Source: Vicinamibacterales bacterium (GTDB lineage Bacteria > Acidobacteriota > Vicinamibacteria > Vicinamibacterales > 2-12-FULL-66-21). Taken from it: a DNA stretch of 64,000 bases. The notes beneath the pieces are model-generated. The model was given only the letters and a program-made list of their open reading frames with translations. It was not told the origin of the DNA and did not search any database. Positions 37,345-46,136 of the stretch are shown piece by piece. The position numbers and the translations under genes were made by a program. The stretch spans positions 6,857 through 70,856 of the forward strand of contig JBAROV010000050.1 in the NCBI GenBank assembly GCA_049642465.1, written 5' to 3'. The stretch's first letter is position 1; every line of letters begins with the position of its first letter.

Positions 37345-38048
37345 CTGCAGTGTCCGTTCTCGCCCCGATACATCCCGATGGCCATCCCCAACGGCCACGC
37401 CCGCGTATTCTTCGTGACGCGGCCCCCGCCACCTGCAGCCGCTTTCATCGCGACCCCCGACACCGCCCACCCGGTATCCTCTGCTTGTCCCCACTGGACG
37501 GTGGGATTCGTCGTGGTGTAGTACTGCCCCGCGTGGGACGTATCGCCGTTCACGTTCTCGACTTCCCACAGTTGCGTTCCGGTCGGCGTAATACCCGATC
37601 CTGAATCCGAGCCAATGGCACCAACCGTGACCTCTCCGCTCCCCGCCGTAACCGCGACGGACGCCGTCGTGCTACTGCCACCGTTAACGGCCGCCGTTCC
37701 GAACGGGACGGTCTGATGCACGCCACTAAAGTTGGTGGCCCCGGCGGCGACTTGGGACGAGGTACCGATGGTTACTGTAATGTCCGCCGTCGTAATGTTC
37801 GGGGCGATGAGATACCAGATCGCTGAGCGGCAAAAGTTCCCGTCATCGCCCGCGCTGCTTGGCACTTCTGTGAGCGACTGCGCGCCGAAACTGACCGCCG
37901 TGACTGTGCGTCCCGAGGCTGGACCTGACGTGCCCGTCCCAGCCGTGACGACCAGCATGTCCGTCCCGGCCACCGTGGTATGAGACCAGACCAGCGAGCC
38001 CGTGCTGCTACTGGAACTTGACGACGAACTGCCGACGCTTATCGCCAT
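37341..38048 (-). CDS. Ser/Thr/Gly-rich beta-rich protein, paralogous to the central domain of 15137-17830
   Basis: Poly-Ser N-terminus. Segment order resembles aa ~420-630 of the large secreted protein. Confidence 0.5.
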   Translation of the reverse strand: MAISVGSSSSSSSSSTGSLVWSHTTVAGTDMLVVTAGTGTSGPASGRTVTAVSFGAQSLTEVPSSAGDDGNFCRSAIWYLIAPNITTADITVTIGTSSQVAAGATNFSGVHQTVPFGTAAVNGGSSTTASVAVTAGSGEVTVGAIGSDSGSGITPTGTQLWEVENVNGDTSHAGQYYTTTNPTVQWGQAEDTGWAVSGVAMKAAAGGGGRVTKNTRAWPLGMAIGMYRGENGHCS

Positions 38049-38269
38049 ATGTCACCTGCTCGAATCATGTCCACCTCCGTACGGCAACTGATAGCCGCGG
38101 GGATCGATGTGCCAACATCTTCAGCGCCGACCCCAGACCCCGTCACAAAGGCAATCGCCATATCATTTCCTCTCACCATCTAACGCACTTCCCGAATTCT
38201 TCGGTACCTAAGTCCTCGAACGACCAGCGCCCGGTTGGACGCTTCCACTCAGTGAATCCCACCGCACAC

Positions 38270-38788
38270 TCATCCAACGATCGTCGCCCACTCGCGGCCG
38301 ACAATGTTCGTCGGGTTCGCCTCGAACCACACGTGATCGAGCACGATGTCTCTGAGCGGAAAGGGTGAGCCGGGTTGAGGATCGATCACGACGCCGGCCT
38401 TCGTGTTCAGCTCTACGATGCAGCGATTGACCAACGAGATCCCCGCGCCAGTCTGGATCATCAAGCCGTAGGGCGCGCCGCGGAACGCGCAGGCGTCGAA
38501 TACGATCGTCGTCGCAATGGTATTCCACGGAATGAATACATTGGCCTCCGTCGCGCGCGAGAAGTGGCAGCTCCGAAACGTGACGCTGACCGCGTTGGAG
38601 AGCACGAGGTTGATGTAGAAGCCTCTCACCCAGACCCGCTCAAAAACGACGTACGAGGCATCGCAGTGAATTCCGTAGCCCGTCCCGTCACCCTCAAGCA
38701 CGAGATCGTGGACATACTGGATCTTCGGGACGCCCCAATCCTGATGCGCGACGATGCCGCCGGTGAGGCTTAGCTGCGCCTTCGTCAT
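38270..38788 (-). CDS. right-handed beta-helix (pectate-lyase/tailspike-like) repeat protein, possibly truncated
   Basis: Repetitive V.F..C.F / I.L.N.. rungs, e.g. VVFERVWVRGFYINLVLSNAVSVTFRSCHF. Confidence 0.45.
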   Translation of the reverse strand: MTKAQLSLTGGIVAHQDWGVPKIQYVHDLVLEGDGTGYGIHCDASYVVFERVWVRGFYINLVLSNAVSVTFRSCHFSRATEANVFIPWNTIATTIVFDACAFRGAPYGLMIQTGAGISLVNRCIVELNTKAGVVIDPQPGSPFPLRDIVLDHVWFEANPTNIVGREWATIVG

Positions 38789-39039
38789 AGAAGCGGCGCG
38801 TGCTGAAAGAGCAGCGGCTCCTCGCCACGCGCGGCGCGTTCGGCGTTCACCTCAGCGATCATCTCGGCAGGCCCGATCTGGATCGTGAGACTGTATATTT
38901 CCTGCTGCAGTTGCCGTGCTTCCTTGGTGGCCTTTTCGGCGCACGCGATTGCGCGAGCCCGGAGGTCGCGAACGGTGAGCAATCGGCTCTTCGCCGCCGC
39001 GAGCCGGTGTTGAAGTTCACGCAGTTCTGAAGTGTCCAT
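38785..39039 (-). CDS. coiled-coil protein
   Basis: 84 aa with a heptad-like pattern. ATGA-type overlap with the downstream gene. Confidence 0.4.
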   Translation of the reverse strand: MDTSELRELQHRLAAAKSRLLTVRDLRARAIACAEKATKEARQLQQEIYSLTIQIGPAEMIAEVNAERAARGEEPLLFQHAPLL

Positions 39040-39055
39040 ATACGCTCCTGTTGTT

Positions 39056-39253
39056 CTACTTCTTTACCGAGCCGGGTTGCGGTGCGTCGCGCTCAGCGTC
39101 GTTGTTGAGCAGCTCCGCGAGCAGCTCCTTCTGTGCCTGTAACCGCACGACCTGCGTCGCCGCGTTCTGTGCCGCCGCGACTGCTCGCGCGTGCAACTGC
39201 TGGGCGGCGGTGAGTTCAGCGTCCACCGTCAGTAACCGTTCCTGAAGTGTCAT
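39056..39253 (-). CDS. coiled-coil protein
   Basis: 65 aa. 4-nt overlap with the upstream tail-fibre-like gene. Confidence 0.35.
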   Translation of the reverse strand: MTLQERLLTVDAELTAAQQLHARAVAAAQNAATQVVRLQAQKELLAELLNNDAERDAPQPGSVKK

Positions 39254-40059
39254 GGTTCTGTCGCGATGACCTGCACGGCGCCCGTATTGAACCGCGCGAC
39301 GATCTGCGTCTTTCCAGCGCCGTTGTCGCGGGCGTAGAGTTTGACTTCGTTCGCGCTAGGCGCTGCAGGATCAGACGAGGCTTCATTCAGCTTCAGGTGC
39401 ATCGCCGCGTTTTCGATCTGCAGCTTCCCGAGATCCGCGCCGGCGCCGTCCTGGAACAGCAGGCTGGCGTTCGTGAACAGGATCAGGTTCCCGTCGAGGC
39501 GGCTCACGCCGGAGTCGATCCACAGCGCGTAGTTGTTGGTCGCCTCGCTCGGAGCGTTGACGACATAGAGCGACGCCGCGGAGGTTACACTACCGGCACC
39601 CGCTGTGATCGTCGGCTTTGTTACCTGCAGGCCGGAGAAGATGCTGTGCGTGCCGGATGCCGCTTCGTCGAGCGTCCCCGCGATGTGCGCGACTGCGGCA
39701 CTCACTCCTGCGCCGGGTTGAAGCCGTGACGTGACTTCGAGCCCGTGAACGCCGGTTGCGAGTGTGCCCGCCAGAAGCAACTGACGCGTCGAACTGACCG
39801 CGCCTCCTATCGCATGTGGCCCGGCACCGGCAACGTTGAGATCGCCTGCGAGCCACAAGTCTCTGAATTTGAGCGCCGACGTGCCGAGGTCGTACGTGTC
39901 ATTCGCCTGCGGTTTGAGGTGATGCGCGAAGCCGTCGAGCAGACCCTGCTCGACCGCCACGACCTCGTCTTGGAGGTCGTTGATGTGGGCGGCGGAGAAG
40001 ATGTCGACGCCGTCGTTTTTACTGGTGTAGGTCTTTACAGCGGTTGGATAGCTTGCCAT
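39250..40059 (-). CDS. phage tail-fibre-like protein
   Basis: N-terminal YPTAVKTYTSKNDGVDIFSAAHINDLQDEVVAVEQGL is a motif I recognise from phage tail-fibre N-termini. Confidence 0.55.
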   Translation of the reverse strand: MASYPTAVKTYTSKNDGVDIFSAAHINDLQDEVVAVEQGLLDGFAHHLKPQANDTYDLGTSALKFRDLWLAGDLNVAGAGPHAIGGAVSSTRQLLLAGTLATGVHGLEVTSRLQPGAGVSAAVAHIAGTLDEAASGTHSIFSGLQVTKPTITAGAGSVTSAASLYVVNAPSEATNNYALWIDSGVSRLDGNLILFTNASLLFQDGAGADLGKLQIENAAMHLKLNEASSDPAAPSANEVKLYARDNGAGKTQIVARFNTGAVQVIATEP

Positions 40060-40573
40060 TGGAATCCTTTGCGTTGTGGCTGCGCCGCCGTCGAAGCGGA
40101 CGCCTTGATCGGTAAGTCTTCGAGCGGCTGCAGCGGCCCGCCGCCAGCGGGTCGCAGGTAGGCGCGGTGATGTGGGCCGCCGCCGGCCGTGCCGCGTCGA
40201 AAAGTTCGTCGATCGTGGTGAAGACGCGCTCGCGGCCGCGGAGGCGCTCAGTGTGACCGGCGTCGGGAGCTATGCCACGGCGATCAGCGAGAGCAGCCAG
40301 TTCCGGATGCGACTGACACAGGTTCTCCACGAGCATTGCGGCTCCTGGACACGCCAAGGCATGGTCCGCGGTCAGATTGCCGTCGGCGTCAATCTCCGTC
40401 GTCAAATGACAGTCGAACGCTCCGCCGCTGAACAAGTGTTCAAGAGTTCTGAGTGTCTGCGCCGAGGTCAAGCGGAGCGCGGCGGCATCGTGCGTGAACG
40501 GGCACGACGCGCACGGTCGGATCAGGCTTGCTGGCTTCTTCGATGCGCCGGACGTTTCACGGTCGGCGGTCAT
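40019..40573 (-). CDS. Cys-rich hypothetical protein
   Basis: RPCASCPF...FDCH...ACPG. The basic C-terminal tail may be read-through. Confidence 0.4.
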   Translation of the reverse strand: MTADRETSGASKKPASLIRPCASCPFTHDAAALRLTSAQTLRTLEHLFSGGAFDCHLTTEIDADGNLTADHALACPGAAMLVENLCQSHPELAALADRRGIAPDAGHTERLRGRERVFTTIDELFDAARPAAAHITAPTCDPLAAGRCSRSKTYRSRRPLRRRRSHNAKDSNGKLSNRCKDLHQ

Positions 40574-40583
40574 GACAATCCTT

Positions 40584-40793
40584 TTAGCGCGCGCCTAATT
40601 CGAGCCGGGACGGTGGAACGTTGAGCGCGGAGGCGAAGCGCTCCACGACGTCGACCGGATTCAGCGGGCGCAGCCCGCGTTCGAGTTGTGAAACGTACGC
40701 CTGTGAGAAGCCGGCGGCTTCGGCAAGCTCGCGCTGGGTCAGCCGGCGACGCTGCCGAAGTGTGCGCAGTGTGGAGGCGAATACGGGACTCAT
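40584..40793 (-). CDS. XRE-family HTH regulator
   Basis: From ATG 40793: LRTLRQRRRLTQRELAEAAGFSQAYVSQLERG. The listed ORF start at 40937 is probably too early. Confidence 0.7.
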   Translation of the reverse strand: MSPVFASTLRTLRQRRRLTQRELAEAAGFSQAYVSQLERGLRPLNPVDVVERFASALNVPPSRLELGAR

Positions 40794-41034
40794 TGATCGA
40801 ACCCTTCGATCACCGATTGATCTCAGATGCGTGGCGAATCGCGGTAAACGCCAGAGCGCCGAACGGCGCTGATCTCCGCTCTGTCGCGGCGGAGGGACGA
40901 TGCAGTGTGGATGCGGGACTTGCTGCGCGGGCTCCACATGACGACCCGCAAGTTCTGATTACATTTTAACTATTTTTCTCCGTACGACGACGGGAAAAGA
41001 CGGACAAAAAACAGCCGAGTACAATTCGCTCACG

Positions 41035-42288
41035 ATGCCGAAAACCAAGGTCGTGCTCATTGGCGCCTCCGGCTACACGGCCGATACCGTGACGCACCAA
41101 CTTGTGTCGTTCGGTTGGAACCAGCTCGTCAACCTGCCGAATCTCCAGGACTTTGACATTGTGGTGATCAATTTGCTGGAGAACGTCCCTGCTGCGGGCG
41201 ACGTAACGATCTGGACACCATTCTTTGCGCACGTCACCGAATACACCGCAAAGCAGATCCTCGAACACAACGGCAGCGTCTACGTTCTGGGTGACCCGCG
41301 ACTGACGGTATTGAGGCTCACCGACGACAAGAAGGACCAAACGAAGCACGCATTTCTCGACTGGACCGGCGCCAAGTTTCACTGGAATGTGGCAGGGGGC
41401 ACTTTCATCGAGATCACCACCGGAAATACCCAGCTTCGGGAATATCTCGGGCACCTCCAACGGTGGGACTATGCCATGGCCGCAGTAACCGACCGCAAGG
41501 GACAGGGATACGGTGTCCATCCGTTCGCCCGCAACCGAACGAATCAACCACTCGCGGCGGGGATTGGCTATGAACGCTTGGTGCTACTGCCCGCGATTCC
41601 GCTGCCGAGTGAAGACACTCTCCTTTTAGCACTCCGCCTCTTCGCGGGTATTGACGTAGCGCCGGTTGCTGAACCTGAGTGGGCCGCCCGCCTAGCCGCT
41701 CCGGGGCAGGCCGAGATAGACCGACAGATCGCAGACGTCGAGCGCCAGCTTGCCGCACTCCGAACGCAGCGCTCAGAGCTGGCGACGGAGCGGGAGAAGG
41801 CTCGTAGCGTTTTGAAAGTGCTGTATGAACGCGGGTCGGCGTTGGAGCGAATAGTACGCGAATTGCTCGCGGCACTCGGCGGCACTGTGACGGACCCTGT
41901 CGAAGCAAACAAGGAGGATGGCTGGATTCAGTTCGGCAGCGATGAGGGCGTGCTGGAGATCAAGAGTACTGCGGGATCCTCGTTCGCTGAAGATGGCCTT
42001 CGACAGTTGGCCGAGTGGATACTTCGAGGTGAATCCGCAAGCAACAGCTACAAAGGGATTTTCATCGGGCTGCACAATGCGGGGCAACCTCCAGGTTCGG
42101 GCGCCTCACCGTTCAGTTCAAGTTTCGTGCGGAGTGCCACGAGGTTCGGCATTGTGGCGGTTTTGACGACCGATCTGTATCTCGCGTACGAGCTAATGAA
42201 GGCGGGAAAGCTCACACCAGCAGAGTTCTGGCCGACGCTGTTTCAGACGAACGGGATCTACGATGCCGCGTGGCTTCGGGAGAAGTGA
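41035..42288 (+). CDS. three-part protein: unassigned N-domain + coiled coil + PD-(D/E)xK-like nuclease-fold C-domain
   Basis: Coiled coil QAEIDRQIADVERQLAALRTQRSELATEREKAR, then LLAALGGTV...EDGWIQFGSDEGVLEIKSTAG (D...E.K). The N-terminal ~190 aa (KVVLIGASG...DFDIVVINL) is not recognised. Confidence 0.6.
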   Translation: MPKTKVVLIGASGYTADTVTHQLVSFGWNQLVNLPNLQDFDIVVINLLENVPAAGDVTIWTPFFAHVTEYTAKQILEHNGSVYVLGDPRLTVLRLTDDKKDQTKHAFLDWTGAKFHWNVAGGTFIEITTGNTQLREYLGHLQRWDYAMAAVTDRKGQGYGVHPFARNRTNQPLAAGIGYERLVLLPAIPLPSEDTLLLALRLFAGIDVAPVAEPEWAARLAAPGQAEIDRQIADVERQLAALRTQRSELATEREKARSVLKVLYERGSALERIVRELLAALGGTVTDPVEANKEDGWIQFGSDEGVLEIKSTAGSSFAEDGLRQLAEWILRGESASNSYKGIFIGLHNAGQPPGSGASPFSSSFVRSATRFGIVAVLTTDLYLAYELMKAGKLTPAEFWPTLFQTNGIYDAAWLREK

Positions 42289-42453
42289 GGGAAGGGTCGC
42301 GCAACTCGCGGTTCCGCTTATGCAGCGCACCGCGGACGGGGTTTGAGTGGGCCAATGTCGCCGCGTAGGCCGGCGTTGTACCGGAATCACTCGCTTGCTG
42401 AAGGCAGAGTTAACCTCACACCCTCCGAAGCGTCAATCGGATCGCGCGCCGGT

Positions 42454-43512
42454 TCACGCGTCCAGCGCACCGAGTGCTTCAGCGCCGTAACTGAACAGCT
42501 CCCAGCCCGCTAGCCCGTACCGCACTTTCGCGTCGGTCAGAAGTGCCGTGAGGGCGAGCATTTCCTCCGGGCGTACTGTAATTCGACCTGATACGGCCGC
42601 AATGTCGATCAGGTTCATGTCGAGCTGTTCCAGATCAAAGGCGAGCGCATCCTCGAAGTCGTCGTAGAAAACTTCTGCCATCCGCTTCAGCTCTTGCTCT
42701 GTCGGAGGGCGATAGAGGGTCGGTTCCCGGCCTAGGAACCGATCGGTTTCGTCGGTCGGCGCAGGCTCCTTGTATCGTTCGGCCGCATTCCTCCTTGTTT
42801 CAAGCGCCGACTCATATAAATCCCGCAGCCGGCCTTGGTGCTTCAAATCGTAGACGCTGATGTCGTGTCGTCCTTCGGCTGCTAGGGTTGCGAGGTATAC
42901 GGCTAGCAGGCCAGCCGTGGGAGTGCTCAGTTCGATAGTTTTTACCGCCTCACGGAAGACAAAGTCCTGAGACTGCATCATCCTAGTTACGAGCCCTTGG
43001 ATCCGGCGATCTGGCAGCCGCAAGAAATTCAGACTGTACGTTGGTTCAATAACAATCGTGCGCTCCGCGCCTCTGAATTCGGCTTCGATGTTCCTAATCG
43101 CATCTTTGTCGCGGTCTTCATCCGTACAGAGAACGATGTAGTAACCGGCCAAGTAGGGAATCTTTCTCAAGGCGTCGTCGCGCTGAGCTTTCAACGCCCG
43201 AAATAAATCGCTCCGGCGGAAGTCCTCAAACGACTTGATTTGAAATCCCAATAGTTCTGGGGCCTCTTGATCAAGGCGTTCCTGATGGCGAATGCGCACC
43301 ACGATATCTGCGCCATGATCAATTAGCCCTTGGGTGTCGTAGACTACCGGCTCAAACTGCCCAACAGCGCGAAGAACCGCCTCCAGCTGGAGCTGAAATC
43401 GGGGGCAGAGGTCATCGTTGTGACGGAGATCACGAAATTCTCTCGTCTCGATGATGAGCGTGCGGTGCAGACGCAGAAAGTGATCGACGGTGTGCGTCGG
43501 GCTGATCCGCAA
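42454..43512 (-). CDS. Mrr-cat-like restriction-endonuclease-fold N-domain + unassigned ~200 aa C-domain
   Basis: FQLQLEAVLRAVG...DHGADIVVRIRH...LLGFQIKSFED...YYIVLCTDE follows the Mrr catalytic-domain motif order. Confidence 0.6.
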   Translation of the reverse strand: MRISPTHTVDHFLRLHRTLIIETREFRDLRHNDDLCPRFQLQLEAVLRAVGQFEPVVYDTQGLIDHGADIVVRIRHQERLDQEAPELLGFQIKSFEDFRRSDLFRALKAQRDDALRKIPYLAGYYIVLCTDEDRDKDAIRNIEAEFRGAERTIVIEPTYSLNFLRLPDRRIQGLVTRMMQSQDFVFREAVKTIELSTPTAGLLAVYLATLAAEGRHDISVYDLKHQGRLRDLYESALETRRNAAERYKEPAPTDETDRFLGREPTLYRPPTEQELKRMAEVFYDDFEDALAFDLEQLDMNLIDIAAVSGRITVRPEEMLALTALLTDAKVRYGLAGWELFSYGAEALGALDA

Positions 43513-43773
43513 CCTTAACCTCTTCTAGAATCGGGGCACACCAAGTCACCTGTCACGGTGTAACCTACCCCAGACGATGATTCGGAAGTCATCGACAACA
43601 AACGACGTCTGCGACCCGTTATCCTCCTGCGACGCCGGCTCGCACGGCAACAGCAATCGAACGATTTGAGCCGGGTGTGCGGACGCGACACAGCGTGGCT
43701 GTTAGACGAGTCGCGAGAATTGCCTCACGCGAGCCTCCCACGTTAGACTGCACCACCCCTCAAAGGAGCCGCT

Positions 43774-44181
43774 ATGCGCAGGCTGCACGTTCGCGCGGTG
43801 CTGGTCCTTCTCTCGCTTCTTATCCCGATCTCTGCGGGACTCGCCGCACGGCAAGCCGCGGCCCGTGCACCAGTGCCGACGGACACCGTCTACGTGACAC
43901 GGACCGGCGCGAAGTATCACGCCGCAGGCTGCCGCTCGCTTTCACGCAGCCGGATCGCGACCACGCTGGGCGAGGCGTCGAAGCGGTACGGCGCGTGTCG
44001 CATTTGCAAGCCGCCAGTGCTCTCGACAGGAGCAGCGCCTGCAACGGCCGCTGCCGCGCCGCGCGAGTCACCACGGCCTGCTGCTCGCTCAGCGCGATGC
44101 GCCGCGATTACGAAGAAGGGCACTCAGTGCTCGCGGAATGCGAAGCCGGGCAGCGCGTACTGCTGGCAACACGGAGGCTGA
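43774..44181 (+). CDS. secreted Cys-motif protein
   Basis: Signal MRRLHVRAVLVLLSLLIPISAGLA. Also VYVTRTGAKYHAAGCRSL...CRICKP and CAAITKKGTQCSRNAKPGSAYCWQH. Confidence 0.5.
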   Translation: MRRLHVRAVLVLLSLLIPISAGLAARQAAARAPVPTDTVYVTRTGAKYHAAGCRSLSRSRIATTLGEASKRYGACRICKPPVLSTGAAPATAAAAPRESPRPAARSARCAAITKKGTQCSRNAKPGSAYCWQHGG

Positions 44182-44270
44182 TACGCACAGGCGTGCGGGT
44201 TTTATGAGGACAGCGTCTTGCGGACACTCACCAGAATGCGATCGACCGAATTTCTGGAAAGGAGCCGGTC

Positions 44271-44756
44271 ATGAAGCGAATGCTCGCCGTCGGGCTCATC
44301 GTGTCGTTCATCGTGGCGGAAGCGCGCCTATTCGCTGTCGATTCGAACAAGGCTCAGTACATGGGTGGCACCGTCGCCGGCCTGAAAGAAAAGGCGCAGG
44401 GTAGGTTCTCGACTTCGGCTGAGGACGCAATTACGTTCACCCCCGACGGAAAGAAGTCCGTGCCCGTGTCGATCCCTTACGCGGCCATCACCGAGTTGGA
44501 GTACGGCCAGAAGGCGGGTCGGCGTGTCGCCGTCGGCATCCTCGTCTCACCGTGGGCCCTCTTTTCCAAGAAGCGCAACCACTACCTGACGATCAGCTAC
44601 AAAGACGCAGCGGGCAAAGAACAGGCCGCAGTGTTCGAGCTGGGAAAAGACATCGTGCGTACGACCGTGAAGATCCTCGAAACGCGGTCGGGCAAGGATG
44701 TTCAGTACCAGGACGATGAGGCGCGCAAGTCGCTCGGTGGCGGAAAGGGGAAGTAG
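44271..44756 (+). CDS. secreted hypothetical protein
   Basis: Signal MKRMLAVGLIVSFIVAEA, with GGAG upstream. Confidence 0.5.
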   Translation: MKRMLAVGLIVSFIVAEARLFAVDSNKAQYMGGTVAGLKEKAQGRFSTSAEDAITFTPDGKKSVPVSIPYAAITELEYGQKAGRRVAVGILVSPWALFSKKRNHYLTISYKDAAGKEQAAVFELGKDIVRTTVKILETRSGKDVQYQDDEARKSLGGGKGK

Positions 44757-44810
44757 CCGCAGGGGATCGGTTGACCTCACTAGCGAAACGAACAGCGCAG
44801 GAGGGGCCTC

Positions 44811-45344
44811 ATGATGCGGTTTACAGGTTCGGTCGGAGCGATCGTAGTACTAACGTGGGCCACCCTTTCGATTCTGCGTGGAGATGGACAGCTACCAAGC
44901 GACTTCGAGACGTGCGCGTCCGAAATTGACGATCTTCAAGGCAACGCAGACGAAGCCCATTCGGCCGCCGAGGAGGCAGCGTCGGCGAAAGACGAACTGG
45001 AAGATGCAGCTTCGGCAGCTCGCTCGCGGTGTTCGTCTTATGGCGAGTCGAATTACCTATGTGAATCCGCGCGGCGCCTGGCGAGAGATGCAAAAAACGA
45101 GTTCGAGTCCGCGGCGGACACATTTCTAAGCGCGTACGGTGAGTTGACGTCCAGCATTCGATCCGTCCAATTGGCCTGTGGAGTTCGTACGCCGATTGCT
45201 GGGATTCCTGATCATAAACAGGGATTGTGCCGAGCCGTCAGGAACTTGGGCAATGTCTTCTCAGGCTCGTTAACACCCGCCATGCGCGAACAGTTTTGTA
45301 AGGGCCTCACGGCGGCGGAGTGCTCTACCTGCCTCTCCCGGTGA
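44811..45344 (+). CDS. secreted/membrane-anchored Cys-containing hypothetical protein
   Basis: Hydrophobic N-terminus, an acidic helical region and 8 Cys. Confidence 0.45.
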   Translation: MMRFTGSVGAIVVLTWATLSILRGDGQLPSDFETCASEIDDLQGNADEAHSAAEEAASAKDELEDAASAARSRCSSYGESNYLCESARRLARDAKNEFESAADTFLSAYGELTSSIRSVQLACGVRTPIAGIPDHKQGLCRAVRNLGNVFSGSLTPAMREQFCKGLTAAECSTCLSR

Positions 45345-45350
45345 TATTGA

Positions 45351-45602
45351 CTGGACGTTCTTCAGCGTCTCCGTCTCACTTGGAACGGCGATCCGAAGGA
45401 ACTCGGCGACCTGTTCCGCCTGCGAAAGAATCGCCGGCAGGCACGCGCGGCCCTCTACTCGCACCAATTCGGCTGGGAAGTGCGTCTGCTGGTCGGTGCG
45501 CAACCTGAGACTGTGCAGTCCCGCGTGTGTCGGTCGCAGGAGGAAGTGTTGTGGACGGGCGAAGAGTGGAAGGCAGCGATGATTGAGAAGGGGTGGCGGT
45601 GA
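45351..45602 (+). other. 83-codon open frame without canonical start
   Basis: Ends ...FGWEVRLLVGAQPETVQSRVCRSQEEVLWTGEEWKAAMIEKGWR. Protein-like, but there is no ATG/GTG/TTG until near the end. It begins right after the stop of 44811-45344. Confidence 0.3.
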
Positions 45603-45651
45603 CACGCCTTCGGCGTACGCCAGTCTTTCTCTCTCCAGGTTTGGCATCATT

Positions 45652-46101
45652 GTGAGTCTGCTTCTCCTGCTTCGCCATCACGGGCCTCCATATCATCTGT
45701 CGTTGCTCGATGTCGCCGAAAGCCTGGTAACGGACCAGCGCAATGCGGAGATCGTCGTAGTGACAGCACAGATGGCCTGCGAAATCCAAATCGAGCTCGC
45801 ATTCGCCAAGGTGATGGCTGCACGCAGTCTTGGCGACGTGGTGGCAAAGTCCATCCTCGACTTGCTACCGAGTCGGAATATTGCGAATGAAAGGGTGCGG
45901 CGGCTCTATACAGCACTCAGTGGCGACAGCATCCAGCATCAAGCATTTTGGCCCGCCTACGTCGAACTCTCGCGTCTGCGCAATCGAGTGATTCACAGCG
46001 GCGCTCGCGCGACGCTTCAGGAAGCGCGGGCGGCCATCGAGGCTGCGCGCGAACTCACGAGCCACGTCAGCGCTTTGTTGGCGCGCCCGGAATGGCGTTG
46101 A
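45652..46101 (+). CDS. HEPN-like (RNxxxH motif) protein
   Basis: All-helical sequence with YVELSRLRNRVIHSGARAT. Start is uncertain (TTG 45583, GTG 45652 or ATG 45772). Confidence 0.45.
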   Translation: MSLLLLLRHHGPPYHLSLLDVAESLVTDQRNAEIVVVTAQMACEIQIELAFAKVMAARSLGDVVAKSILDLLPSRNIANERVRRLYTALSGDSIQHQAFWPAYVELSRLRNRVIHSGARATLQEARAAIEAARELTSHVSALLARPEWR

Positions 46102-46136
46102 GCAGCCCAGGCGCACCGGCCGCTTTACGTCGCATT

